Shown piece after piece: positions 1 to 8,860 of a stretch of 32,000 bases of DNA (within the stretch, counting starts at the first letter, position 1; the number at the start of each line of letters is the position of its first letter). The DNA is from Nitrospirota bacterium (GTDB lineage: Bacteria; Nitrospirota; UBA9217): contig CAWIYV010000004.1 in NCBI GenBank assembly GCA_963840455.1, positions 42,770 through 74,769 of the forward strand. The letters run 5' to 3'. The notes beneath the pieces are model-generated. The model made no database searches. It was not told the origin of the DNA and was given only the letters and a program-made list of their open reading frames with translations. Made by a program: the position numbers and the translations under genes.

Positions 1-1056
1 GCGGATCTCTTCGGCGTGTACGGCATATCCTTCCTGATCGTGCTCGCGAACATTGGCATCGCCGAGGTGCTCGCGGACCGGAAGAGATATCGTCCGCTGT
101 TGGCCGCGGCGATCATGACGGCAGTTGTTGTCGGCTATGGATACTATCGTCTGAACGCGCCAGAAAGCGCAGGAAGCATCAGGATAGCGGTTGTCCAGGG
201 GAACATCGAGCAGGACAAGAAGTGGGACCCGTCCTATCAGGGCGAGGTCATCGCGACCTATAAACGCCTTACGCTCAAAGCACTGGAGCAAAAACCAGAC
301 CTCGTGATTTGGCCCGAAACCGCCACACCCTTCTACTTCGGCGGAGGCGGCGACAACGTAAAATGGACCGACGACCTCAGACAGTTCGTCAGGACAATGA
401 ACACCCCCCTGCTCTTCGGCAGCGCGACCTATGAGGTCAAGCCCGGCAGGGTCATCGATCTGTGGAATTCGGCGTTCCTGCTGGACCGTGACGGAGTAAC
501 CAGCGCCGTGTATCAGAAGATGCATCTGGTCCCCTACGGCGAATATATCCCCATGAAGAAGATCCTGTTCTTCGTGGAAAAACTGGTGCAGGCCATCGGC
601 GACTTCCAGACCGGTAGGGAGTACACGGTCATGAAGGTCCGGCCGCCGGCGGGAAATGATGTTGGCCTCAGCACGGTCATCTGCTACGAGATCATCTTCC
701 CCGACCTCGTCAGAAGGTTCGTGAACAACGGGGCAACGGTCATGACCACCATCACGAACGACGCCTGGTTCGGCAAGACCGGAGCGCCGTACCAGCATTT
801 CTCCATGGCAGTGCTGCGGGCGGTGGAGAACCATGTCCCGATCGCCCGCGCGGCGAACACCGGTATATCCGGTTTCATTGACGCAAAAGGCCGCATCCTC
901 GAGACCACAAGCATCTTCACCGAAGCGTATCTTACCCGCTCGCTTTCTCCTTCCACGCAGAAGACCATCTATACCCGCTATGGCGATATCTTTTCCTGGC
1001 TTTGTGTCATCGGATGTTTCCTGGCTGTCCTTCCCCTGCCGCGACCCAAACGATAG
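1..1056 (+). CDS. lnt: Apolipoprotein N-acyltransferase, C-terminal part (5' end outside window)
   Basis: Frame 1 is open from base 1 (ADLFGVYGISFL...); the listed ORF is 16..1056. CN-hydrolase signatures are present: IRIAVVQGNIEQDKKW, LVIWPETA, YQKMHLVPYGEYIP, VICYEIIFP and ITNDAWFG. There is a hydrophobic C-terminal helix. Confidence 0.85.
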   Translation, partial: ADLFGVYGISFLIVLANIGIAEVLADRKRYRPLLAAAIMTAVVVGYGYYRLNAPESAGSIRIAVVQGNIEQDKKWDPSYQGEVIATYKRLTLKALEQKPDLVIWPETATPFYFGGGGDNVKWTDDLRQFVRTMNTPLLFGSATYEVKPGRVIDLWNSAFLLDRDGVTSAVYQKMHLVPYGEYIPMKKILFFVEKLVQAIGDFQTGREYTVMKVRPPAGNDVGLSTVICYEIIFPDLVRRFVNNGATVMTTITNDAWFGKTGAPYQHFSMAVLRAVENHVPIARAANTGISGFIDAKGRILETTSIFTEAYLTRSLSPSTQKTIYTRYGDIFSWLCVIGCFLAVLPLPRPKR

Positions 1057-1084
1057 CGCCGGGCCGCCCGGGCAAGCGATCAAT

Positions 1085-1116
1085 AAAAAAGCCGCCGGAC
1101 CTCATGGTCCGGCGGC
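1085..1116 (-). terminator. Rho-independent terminator downstream of the OMP gene, also placed after lnt
   Basis: Perfect 11-bp stem GCCGCCGGACC (1091-1101), loop TCAT, GGTCCGGCGGC (1106-1116). The plus-strand A6 at 1085-1090 gives a U-tract after the hairpin on the minus strand. The site lies between the convergent lnt stop (1056) and OMP stop (1150). Confidence 0.6.
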
Positions 1117-1149
1117 AGATGCTTCACTTCTCTCGCTGCCCGCTCGCTC

Positions 1150-2145
1150 TCAGAACCGGAAGGCCGCGTACAGCCCGATACCGGTGTTCGTCGTCTTGAG
1201 CGTTTGCTCGCCGACGGGGTCAATGAACTTCTCCTCGCTGGATTCGGCATAGATCGGCACCTCCATGCCGAAACGTTCGCTGAACCAGTACCGGCCGGCA
1301 AGCGTCGTCCGCGCCGTCGTTATCTTGTGCTCGTTTCCAGCTGCCATCCCGGTTTCTTTTTCCTCTTCGGCCTCGAGCGCGAGCCAAAGCGTGAGCTGCT
1401 TTCCGATGTAGCCCGCGATCTCGAAGTTCACTGCCGCGATGTCGTACTTGGTCGTGCCCATGAATTCGACCTCACTTTTGCCGCCGCCGAATTCGAGCAC
1501 AAGGCCGACCACGTCAGCGATCACTCCCCGGCCCCCGAAATAGACCACACCGATGTCGCGCGTCGCATCCGGCAAGCCGCTTTGCGTGTTCTCCGTCGAT
1601 TCGCCATGGTACCGGAGATGGAGTTCCATGCTCGGGACAATGTACTGCCGGATACCCAGATCAAGCATGCTGTGTGCGATATCGATCTCCGGTTGAGAGA
1701 CCCCGTTCACGGTCTGATCGATTGTTCCGCCACCAAATCCGATGTTCAGGAACAGGCCGGTGTTCGTGGGAAAGAAATATTCGCCTCCGAACTGGAGAAC
1801 GGCTGCGCTTGCCTTGCTGTCGGTTTCGAATCCAGGGAACGTATTGTCCTTGTCCTTCGCCCCGATGAACACCAGGCCGGCTGATAGGGTGGACGGATGC
1901 TGGTAGAACTGCCGGAGATCGATGGGCTTGTCATCGTCCTTCAGGGGTGTGAAGAAGTGAGTGTACTGCACTGTGAACAGCGAGTTCTTCGTGTCGATCT
2001 TGCTCTTCGGGTCCGTGATGACGTTTGACTCCACTTTGCTCGTCGAGTCGCCCTCCAGGCCCACGACCACTTCATTCGACACGTCTGCAAAGGCCGGAAC
2101 AGCAGCAAGACAGAAAAGCACTGCAATGACAATCAATTTCCTCAT
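1150..2145 (-). CDS. Uncharacterised outer-membrane beta-barrel (porin-like) protein
   Basis: Signal peptide MRKLIVIAVLFCLAAVPAFA. Alternating amphipathic beta-strand pattern with many G/Y/F residues. The C terminus ...GIGLYAAFRF ends in an aromatic Phe, typical of OMP insertion signals. GGAGG lies 9 nt upstream of the ATG. Confidence 0.7.
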   Translation of the reverse strand: MRKLIVIAVLFCLAAVPAFADVSNEVVVGLEGDSTSKVESNVITDPKSKIDTKNSLFTVQYTHFFTPLKDDDKPIDLRQFYQHPSTLSAGLVFIGAKDKDNTFPGFETDSKASAAVLQFGGEYFFPTNTGLFLNIGFGGGTIDQTVNGVSQPEIDIAHSMLDLGIRQYIVPSMELHLRYHGESTENTQSGLPDATRDIGVVYFGGRGVIADVVGLVLEFGGGKSEVEFMGTTKYDIAAVNFEIAGYIGKQLTLWLALEAEEEKETGMAAGNEHKITTARTTLAGRYWFSERFGMEVPIYAESSEEKFIDPVGEQTLKTTNTGIGLYAAFRF

Positions 2146-2263
2146 GCGTCATACCTCCTCAGGGCTAGGCTTAAATGCAGGATGCATTGCGATGAAGATA
2201 GCAGAGGGGTCCGGGGACGTCAAGGTACTATTCACCATGGGAAACCGGCGCAGCACGAACTGG

Positions 2264-3016
2264 TCAGAGCGTGCAGACCGACCGCAGGAATGCCGCTGAC
2301 TTAAGCCGCTTGCCGAGGATATGGAGAGTGTGGGAGGTGAACGCCTGGTCAAGTTCCCGCATGATGTCCACGGAGGGTTTGAGACGGGTGACCTTGTCGA
2401 GGTCCATTCGGAGGGCATGATAATAGAAACCGATGGCGCCGGGGGAAAGCCGTATCTGGTCCTCGCCGGACGAGATGAGGCAGTCAGGGCAGAGCACGCC
2501 GCCCTTGAGGCCATAGAAGACCATGGGGCGCTCGGCGCCGCAGCCGCAGGAAAGGCACTTATCGAGTTTGGGCTGGAAGCCGAGGAGCGACAGGAACCGG
2601 ATCTCGAAGATCCGGAGCAGGAACAGCGGATCGACCCCTTCATTCAACAGGTGAAGGACATGGGCGAGCAGAAGGAATGCCTGCGGGTTCCGCTCTCCTT
2701 CCGGGGCGACCTCACGCACCAGTTCAACGATGACGGAGCCAACGGCCATGCGGTCGAGGTCTCCGGCGATATCGAAATGCTGGCTGATGATATCGCTGGA
2801 TTCTATCCGGATCAGCTCCTGGTGCTCTTTCTCATACAGGTGCAGGCGCGCGTGGGTGAACAGTTCAAGCCCCGCGCCAAAGCGACGAAAAGACTTCCGG
2901 GCATTCTTGGCAACGCCGCGGAGCCTGCCCCGGTCCAGGGAAAAGAAGGTGACGAGCTTGTCCGCCTCCCCCAGGTTCATGCTGCCAATGATGACGGCTT
3001 CGGTCTTGGACTTCAT
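2264..3016 (-). CDS. recO: DNA repair protein RecO
   Basis: N-terminal OB-fold motif: EAVIIGSMNLGEADKLVTFFSLDRGRLRGVAKNARKS.RRF. Zinc-finger cysteines: CLSCGC...VLCPDC. Length 250 aa. Same strand as era, matching the classical era-recO linkage. Confidence 0.9.
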   Translation of the reverse strand: MKSKTEAVIIGSMNLGEADKLVTFFSLDRGRLRGVAKNARKSFRRFGAGLELFTHARLHLYEKEHQELIRIESSDIISQHFDIAGDLDRMAVGSVIVELVREVAPEGERNPQAFLLLAHVLHLLNEGVDPLFLLRIFEIRFLSLLGFQPKLDKCLSCGCGAERPMVFYGLKGGVLCPDCLISSGEDQIRLSPGAIGFYYHALRMDLDKVTRLKPSVDIMRELDQAFTSHTLHILGKRLKSAAFLRSVCTL

Positions 3017-3035
3017 GATCGGAGCAAAATAGAGG

Positions 3036-3773
3036 TTACTGCATCCTGCGGATCCGCACCTCGACCCCCTTCTGGTCCCTCATGAGCGCAGTGAGCTTCG
3101 CGATGTCGGTCTCGCCAGTATGATAGGGATAAAGCACCCTGGGCTTGAACATCTTCGCGGCGTCCGCGACCATTTCCGGCGTCATGGTGTAGGGCAGGTT
3201 CATCGGCAGGAAAGCGATTTCGATGTTCTTGAGGGACTTCATTTCCGGGACATTCTCTGTGTCGCCCGCCACATAGACCCGCTTGTCAGCGAGGGTGATG
3301 ATGTAGCCGTTCCCAACACCCTTGGGATGATAGGGCTGCCCGTTCTCGCGCTTGCTTACCATATTATATGCCGGGACCGCTTCGACCGTCATTCCCTTGA
3401 TCGCTTTCACGTCGCCGTTCTTCATGACCACGCCGCCGCTCACCTGTCCTGCGCCGGCTTCGGTCAGGACGATCGTCGTCTTCTCTGTTCGGACCTTCTC
3501 GATCGCAGCAGGATCAAGATGGTCCCGATGCTCGTGGGTGATCAGAATGACGTCTGCTTTGGGCAGTTTGGCGTAGTCCGTAAGCTTGCTGTAGGGATCA
3601 ACATAGATCGTTGCTCCGCCAAGCGTGAACAGCAGCGATCCATGTCCGATGAAGGTGATCACAAGATCACCGGCCGAGGTCTTGATAGTGTCCGGAGGGG
3701 ACTGTTCCTGCGCCGCGGCCGCAGACGCAAGGACCAGGCTAAACAGCATCAAGGACAGGGAAGAGCGGAACAT
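3036..3773 (-). CDS. Secreted MBL-fold metallo-hydrolase
   Basis: Signal peptide MFRSSLSLMLFSLVLASAAAAQE. HxHxDH motif ITHEHRDHLD. A later YVAGDTE metal ligand region. Confidence 0.8.
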   Translation of the reverse strand: MFRSSLSLMLFSLVLASAAAAQEQSPPDTIKTSAGDLVITFIGHGSLLFTLGGATIYVDPYSKLTDYAKLPKADVILITHEHRDHLDPAAIEKVRTEKTTIVLTEAGAGQVSGGVVMKNGDVKAIKGMTVEAVPAYNMVSKRENGQPYHPKGVGNGYIITLADKRVYVAGDTENVPEMKSLKNIEIAFLPMNLPYTMTPEMVADAAKMFKPRVLYPYHTGETDIAKLTALMRDQKGVEVRIRRMQ

Positions 3774-3787
3774 GGCGACCCTCCTGA

Positions 3788-4414
3788 CTATTTCTCCGGA
3801 CCTGCTGAAATTGCGCTGAGCTTTTTCTTCTTATGGTTCCGCACATAGAGCGCGATAATGACCGCACTCACGATAACAACACCGATCACTGCCTGATGGG
3901 AATACTGCATGATCAGTTCCCGGTTCGCGCCGATGAAGTAGCCGATGAAAGTAAGAATGGTGACCCAGATGCCTGCTCCCGCGAGCGTGTAGAGTGAGAA
4001 CTTGACGTGGTTCATGCCTGCCAGCCCGGCCGGGAGCGAGATAAGATGCCGCACAACAGGCAGGAGCCTGCCGATGAAGGTCGATATCTCGCCATGGTCA
4101 CGGAAATACCGCTCCACCTTGGCGAATTTCTCTTCCGTGATCCAGACGTACTTACCGTACTTGAGCAGCAGCGGCCTGCCGAGATAGTGCGCCGCATAGT
4201 AGTTCGCGTAGGCGCCCACCAGGCTTCCCAGCGTGCCGCACAGAATGGCGACGAGCGCGTTCATCTGGCCTTGCTGGGCAAGGTATCCCGCCGGCGGCAT
4301 CACCAATTCGCTCGGGATGGGGATGATGGAGCTCTCCATGGCCATGAGCAGGAAGATGCCCGGGTAGCCCAGGGCGCCGATGGTCAGGAGCAGCCAGTCG
4401 ATCAGTGCATGCAT
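3788..4414 (-). CDS. DedA family inner-membrane protein
   Basis: GYPGIFLLMAMESSIIPIPSELVMPPAGYL and the FIGRLLPVVRHLISLPAG motif are typical of DedA/SNARE-associated proteins. Multiple TM helices. Confidence 0.9.
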   Translation of the reverse strand: MHALIDWLLLTIGALGYPGIFLLMAMESSIIPIPSELVMPPAGYLAQQGQMNALVAILCGTLGSLVGAYANYYAAHYLGRPLLLKYGKYVWITEEKFAKVERYFRDHGEISTFIGRLLPVVRHLISLPAGLAGMNHVKFSLYTLAGAGIWVTILTFIGYFIGANRELIMQYSHQAVIGVVIVSAVIIALYVRNHKKKKLSAISAGPEK

Positions 4415-4457
4415 TGTTACACGCTCCCCTTGACAGATTTTTGGAAAACCGTATTTT

Positions 4458-4543
4458 CACCGCAGAGTTCGCTGAGACCGCTGAGTTTTGACGCTTTTTA
4501 AATATCAGATCTATTTCTCTGCGTGCTCTGCGCTCTCAGCGGT
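4458..4543. repeat. 9-nt-periodic inverted-repeat element (canonical copy R1)
   Basis: Left arm: CGCAGAGTT CGCTGAGAC CGCTGAG (4461-4485), preceded by CAC. Right arm: CTCTGCGTG CTCTGCGCT CTCAGCGGT (4517-4543). An AT-rich spacer separates the arms. It lies between the era stop and the dedA start. Confidence 0.75.
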
Positions 4544-4587
4544 ATATCTCGTTCCATCTTAACGTCTTACGCCTTATGCTGTTTCTA

Positions 4588-4622
4588 TTCCGTAATCTAA
4601 AATCTGCAATCCGCAATGCTGC
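4588..4622. repeat. Heptad tandem array (ATCYGCA-like x5) abutting the era stop codon
   Basis: TTCCGTA ATCTAAA ATCTGCA ATCCGCA ATGCTGC. The last unit ends 1 nt before the era stop codon (4623-4625). Confidence 0.65.
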
Positions 4623-5531
4623 CTATTCTTCTTCAATGATCCCGACGTTCCTGAGCATCCGGTTGTCGTCACGCCAGCCCTTCTTCACCTTCACCCAGAG
4701 CTGGAGGAACACCTTCACTCCCAGGAGCTTTTCCGCATCCAGCCGCGCCCGGGTGCCGATCTCCTTCAGCAGGGCGCCGTTCTTGCCGATGACGATCCCC
4801 TTCTGCGAATCGCGGTCCACGAAGATGGTGGCATCGATGCGCGTCAGGCCCGGCTCCTCCTTCACCTGGTCGATCATCACTGCCGTGGAGTACGGGATCT
4901 CCTCCTTGGTGAGCTCGAAGATCTTTTCGCGGATGATCTCGGAGACAACGAACCGCTCCGGCTGGTCCGTCAGCTGGTCGTCGGGAAAGTACTTTGGCCC
5001 CTTGGGCATCCGCTTCAGGAGGGCGTCCACAAGGCCGCCCAGGTCCTGCTTCAGGGCCGATACGGGGATGATCTCGGCAAAGGAGTAGAGCGTGCTGTAT
5101 TCCTGCATGAGCGGCAGGAGCCGCTCCTTGTTGATGAGGTCCACCTTGTTGATGATCAGCAGGACCGGGGTCCTGACCTTTGCAAGGGAGTCGATGATGA
5201 AGCGGTCACCGCCTCCCGGCTTCTCCGTGGCCTCCACGAGCAGCATGATGACGTCCACTTCGCTGTACGTGCCAAGCGCCATGTTCACCATGATCTCGTT
5301 CATCTTATGCAGCGGTTTGTGGATGCCCGGCGTGTCGATAAACACCAGCTGGGCGTCCGGCCGGCTCAGGATGCCGCGAATGCGATTCCGCGTGGTCTGG
5401 GGTTTGTCGGAAATGATGGATATTTTCTCGCCCAGGAGGCAGTTCATGAGCGTGGACTTGCCCACGTTCGGCCTTCCGATGATAGCGATGAAGCCGGATC
5501 GGAAATCCCTCTCGTTCTTCGCCTCAGTCAT
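4623..5531 (-). CDS. era: GTPase Era
   Basis: MTEAKNERDFRSGFIAIIGRPNVGKSTLMN (G1), DTPGIH (G3), NKVD (G4), and a C-terminal KH domain (VIGKNGALLKEIG). The listed ORF extends to 5711, but that N-terminal 60 aa is Cys/His-rich junk. The ATG at 5531 gives a canonical 302-aa Era. Confidence 0.9.
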   Translation of the reverse strand: MTEAKNERDFRSGFIAIIGRPNVGKSTLMNCLLGEKISIISDKPQTTRNRIRGILSRPDAQLVFIDTPGIHKPLHKMNEIMVNMALGTYSEVDVIMLLVEATEKPGGGDRFIIDSLAKVRTPVLLIINKVDLINKERLLPLMQEYSTLYSFAEIIPVSALKQDLGGLVDALLKRMPKGPKYFPDDQLTDQPERFVVSEIIREKIFELTKEEIPYSTAVMIDQVKEEPGLTRIDATIFVDRDSQKGIVIGKNGALLKEIGTRARLDAEKLLGVKVFLQLWVKVKKGWRDDNRMLRNVGIIEEE

Positions 5532-6026
5532 GGCGGTAGCATACCCGAAAGAGGCATGCGACGCAAGAAAAAGCGGATCTCTTGTTGGGCAACACGGGGG
5601 GAGGTGGGAAAAGCAACTGCAACGACCTTGGTTATGGCAGTTCCAAAAGCCCCTGCAGCCCGTGAGCACTGACGATGCGTAGGCATGCGTCACAGAAGCA
5701 TGGCAAATCACCGCGTCGTTTCCAGCACGCGCGTCAGCGGAAGTGCTGAGGATAGGACAGAGCGGACAAGAAAACCGCGGACAAACTGCATGCCTGCAGC
5801 GCAGTGCGAATGGGCTGCAGAAAAAAGGAGATTTGCTTTTTTGGGCAGCCCGGGCTGCTGGAAAGGCAAAGGCTTACGTCTTTACCCAAACTCCGCAGGT
5901 CTCACCGGAGCGGACCTACACCCTGCCTTGCGATGCCGCGGGTGCAAGAGATTGAAGCTCTCTGCTCCTGGTCTTCTCCATGTCTCAATGGTCATCCTCT
6001 CTTCTGCCCGACATTTTAAATATCAT

Positions 6027-6056
6027 TTGACAATCTCCCGACGTTATCGGTATTAT
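6027..6056 (+). promoter_or_regulatory. Sigma70-type promoter for nadA (near-leaderless transcript predicted)
   Basis: TTGACA (6027-6032), 18-nt spacer, TATTAT (6051-6056). Only 10 nt (CAACCTACCT, no Shine-Dalgarno) separate the -10 box from the nadA ATG at 6067. Confidence 0.5.
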
Positions 6057-6066
6057 CAACCTACCT

Positions 6067-7053
6067 ATGACCGACCAGACCGTCATCCGCGAACGGATCA
6101 TCAGGCTCAAGAAGGACCTGAACGCCATCATCCTGGCCCACAATTACCAGCGGCCCGAGGTCCAGGACATCGCGGACATCACCGGCGATTCGCTTGAGCT
6201 CTCCCGCGCCGCTGCACGGACGGACTTCAAGGTCATCGTGTTCTGCGGCGTCCATTTCATGGCCGAGAGCGCCTCCATCCTCTCGCCCGACAAGACCGTG
6301 CTGCTGCCTGAGATCACGTCGGGCTGTCCCATGGCGGACATGATCACCGTGGATGGCCCCCGCACAACAAAGCGGGATCTTTTCCGGGAGCTCTACGGCG
6401 TCACTTTTCAGTTCGCCGATGAATTCACGCTCCTGGACATCAAGCGGCAGCATCCCGGTGTTCCCGTGGTCGCCTACGTGAACACCTCGGCAGCAGTCAA
6501 GGCGGAGAGCGACATCTGCTGCACCTCGTCAAATGTGGTGAAGGTCGTCGAGTCCCTGAAGGAAGATACCGTCATCTGCGTCCCCGACCGGAACCTCTCG
6601 GCTTACGCTGCCAAGCGTACGAAGAAGAAGATCATCTCCTGGGACGGGTTCTGCAACGTCCATCAGGTCCAGCTCACTATGGACGACGTGACGCACGCCA
6701 AGTCCGAACACCCCAAAGCACTGCTCGTGGTCCATCCCGAATGCCCTCCCGGGATCCAGGACCTTGCTGACCACATCACCAGCACCTCCGGCATGCTGCG
6801 CTATTGCAAGGAGTCGCCCAACAAGGAGTTCATCATTGGAACCGAGGAAGGCCTCCTTCACCGGCTGAAGAAGGAAAGCCCGGACAAACGGTTTTATCTT
6901 CTCTCCCGCAAGATGGTCTGCCCGAACATGAAGCGCACGAAGATCGAGAGCGTCCTCACGGCCATGGAGAAGATGCAGTACGTCATCAAGGTGCCGGACG
7001 AGATCCGTGTCAGGGCAAAGCGGGCGCTGGACCGGATGCTGGAGATCACATAG
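6067..7053 (+). CDS. nadA: Quinolinate synthase NadA (with an unusual internal insertion)
   Basis: [88 protein letters not shown]. The protein is 328 aa. Confidence 0.92.
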   Translation: MTDQTVIRERIIRLKKDLNAIILAHNYQRPEVQDIADITGDSLELSRAAARTDFKVIVFCGVHFMAESASILSPDKTVLLPEITSGCPMADMITVDGPRTTKRDLFRELYGVTFQFADEFTLLDIKRQHPGVPVVAYVNTSAAVKAESDICCTSSNVVKVVESLKEDTVICVPDRNLSAYAAKRTKKKIISWDGFCNVHQVQLTMDDVTHAKSEHPKALLVVHPECPPGIQDLADHITSTSGMLRYCKESPNKEFIIGTEEGLLHRLKKESPDKRFYLLSRKMVCPNMKRTKIESVLTAMEKMQYVIKVPDEIRVRAKRALDRMLEIT

Positions 7054-7057
7054 TGCT

Positions 7058-7151
7058 GACGCGGAGAAACGGGGACAGGGAGACAGGGGGACAAAAGCAC
7101 GCCACTTCAATCATCCCTCTCCGCGTCACCGCGTCACCGCGTTCTCCCGTC
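7058..7151. repeat. Degenerate member of the periodic inverted-repeat family (R8)
   Basis: Left arm GACGCGGAGAAACGGGGACAGGGAGACAGGGGGAC (7058-7092). Right arm CCCTCTCCGCGTCACCGCGTCACCGCGTTCTCCCGTC (7115-7151). The arms are approximately reverse-complementary with 8-9-nt periodicity. It lies between the nadA stop and the rmuC start. Confidence 0.45.
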
Positions 7152-7162
7152 GAGATTTAACC

Positions 7163-8290
7163 ATGCTCACTGCCATCCTCATACTCCTCGCCGTCACTCT
7201 GCTGGTCCTGATCTGGTTCATCTTCCAGTCGCAGAAGCGTACTGCGGATCCGGCCGTCTCGCTCCTCCAGCAGGAGGTCCAGTCGCTGCGCGGCCAGCTC
7301 TCGGACGCCATGATCAAGAGTCAGGACGCGGTGAACCATCAGCTTGTCCACGTCGTGCAGCAGGTGAACTCGCAGCTCGGGCAGGTCACCTCACAGGTGA
7401 ACACGCGGCTCGGCCAGGTCACCGATCAGCTTCAGAAGTCCACGGGGGACCTCAATACGCGGCTGGACAACGCGGCAAAGGTCGTTTCCGAGGTGAGCAA
7501 GGGTCTGGGCGGGCTGTCCGAAGCAACGAAGAAGGTCTTCGAGGTGGGCAAGGACATAGCGAGCCTGCAGGAGATCCTGCGCTCGCCCAAGCTCCGGGGC
7601 GGCCTCGGCGAGCTGTTCCTGGGCGACCTGCTGGCCCAGATCCTGCCGCCCGCCCACTTCACGCTGCAGCACCGGTTCAAGAGCGGTGAGGCCGTGGACG
7701 CGGTCATCCGGCTCGGCCAGAACCTGGTGCCCGTAGACGCGAAGTTCCCGCTCGAGAACTTCCGGCGGGTCATTGAGGTTTCTTCGGAAGAGGAGCGGAA
7801 GGCGGCGAAGCGGAAGTTTCTGGCCGACGTAAAGAAACATGTTGACGCGATCAGCGGTAAGTATATCCTGCCGGACGAGGGTACGTTCGACTTCGCCCTC
7901 ATGTACATCCCGGCGGAGAACGTATACTACGAACTGATCATCAAGGACGAGGCCATGGACTCGGACAAGGGCCTGCTCAACTACTCATTCGCCAAGCGGG
8001 TCATCCCGGTCTCGCCGAACAGCTTCTATGCCTACCTTCAGACGATCCTCCTCGGCCTGAAGGGACTGCACATCGAAGAGCGGGCCCAGGAGATCCTGAC
8101 CAATCTTGCCCGTCTTTCAGGCGACTTCCGGAAGTTCCGGGAGGAATTTGATACGGTGGGAAAGCATATCACGAACACGAAGTCGCGTTACGATGACGCC
8201 GACAAACGGCTCGAAAAGTTCAGTGACAAGCTTGAGTCTCTTAGTGAAGCCTCCCCCGCCATCGAGGAGACCCGGAAGCTACCGCTCTAG
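7163..8290 (+). CDS. rmuC: DNA recombination protein RmuC
   Basis: N-terminal TM helix MLTAILILLAVTLLVLIWFIF, a coiled-coil, then the RmuC core (LRSPKLRGGLGELFLGDLL, VDAKFPLENF, ALMYIPAENVYYE). The listed ORF start at 7007 overlaps nadA and the repeat. The ATG at 7163 is preferred. Confidence 0.85.
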   Translation: MLTAILILLAVTLLVLIWFIFQSQKRTADPAVSLLQQEVQSLRGQLSDAMIKSQDAVNHQLVHVVQQVNSQLGQVTSQVNTRLGQVTDQLQKSTGDLNTRLDNAAKVVSEVSKGLGGLSEATKKVFEVGKDIASLQEILRSPKLRGGLGELFLGDLLAQILPPAHFTLQHRFKSGEAVDAVIRLGQNLVPVDAKFPLENFRRVIEVSSEEERKAAKRKFLADVKKHVDAISGKYILPDEGTFDFALMYIPAENVYYELIIKDEAMDSDKGLLNYSFAKRVIPVSPNSFYAYLQTILLGLKGLHIEERAQEILTNLARLSGDFRKFREEFDTVGKHITNTKSRYDDADKRLEKFSDKLESLSEASPAIEETRKLPL

Positions 8291-8340
8291 TGGTTGGAGT
8301 TGTTCCTGCGCCTTCTGCCTTCAGACCTCAGCCTCCTGCC

Positions 8341-8673
8341 TCAATGGTCATGGCCTGACGCGCTATGCCCTCCCGAGATCACATACACGGCCTCTGAGCC
8401 GGTCCTGTTCTCCGCAATGCACATTTCCTCTCCTTTGAGATGGATGGCCTGGCCCTGCTTCAGCGTCACCGTGACCGCTCCCGTTAAGGTCAGGCCGCCT
8501 GTTATAACCATGATCATCTCCTCGTGGCCCCTGCCCGGCCTCAGCTCGCGCCCCTTTTCGCCGGCCCTGAGCACGCCGTAGATAAGATAGCACGCGTGGC
8601 TGCCGGTCTCATCAAAACCCAGGATGTACTCCCCAGACCCCGCGATCCTGCTGGCCACTTCGAACACCTTCAT
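8341..8673 (-). CDS. Small cupin-fold protein
   Basis: 110 aa. The pattern GHEEMIMVITGGLTLTG...LKQGQAIHL is consistent with a single cupin barrel. No specific family was recognised. Confidence 0.55.
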   Translation of the reverse strand: MKVFEVASRIAGSGEYILGFDETGSHACYLIYGVLRAGEKGRELRPGRGHEEMIMVITGGLTLTGAVTVTLKQGQAIHLKGEEMCIAENRTGSEAVYVISGGHSASGHDH

Positions 8674-8860
8674 ATACGCACCTCACTGACACCTCAATGA
8701 TGTCGATCACGTCACAACGACTCTATCACAGGATATAGCATAGTGCAATACAGCGAAGGTACCGTTTGTCAGGTCCTGCCGCCCTGTGTGATGCGAGCAA
8801 GGTCCTTTTCATCTGGTTTGAGCTCTGGTACTATGACATGGCCAGAATGAGGAGGGAACA

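Noticed and set aside
5532-5711. 60-codon N-terminal extension of the era ORF
   Set aside because: The extension (MICHASVTHAYASS...CSCFSHLPPCC) has no Era counterpart. The canonical Era N terminus starts at the ATG at 5531.
5984-5995. 12-nt identity CTCAATGGTCAT shared with 8340-8351
   Set aside because: The flanks do not align, and the second copy is coding sequence of the cupin gene. It was treated as a chance match.
5743-6019. ORFs 5743..5955 and 5804..6019 in the era-nadA spacer
   Set aside because: They have no RBS at a usable distance and a Cys/Arg/Pro-rich composition. They overlap each other in different frames across the palindromic region.
7007-7162. 52-codon N-terminal extension of the rmuC ORF
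   Set aside because: It overlaps the nadA 3' end and simply reads through the inverted-repeat element (GDRGTK..., SPRHRVTA). The TM anchor begins at the ATG at 7163.
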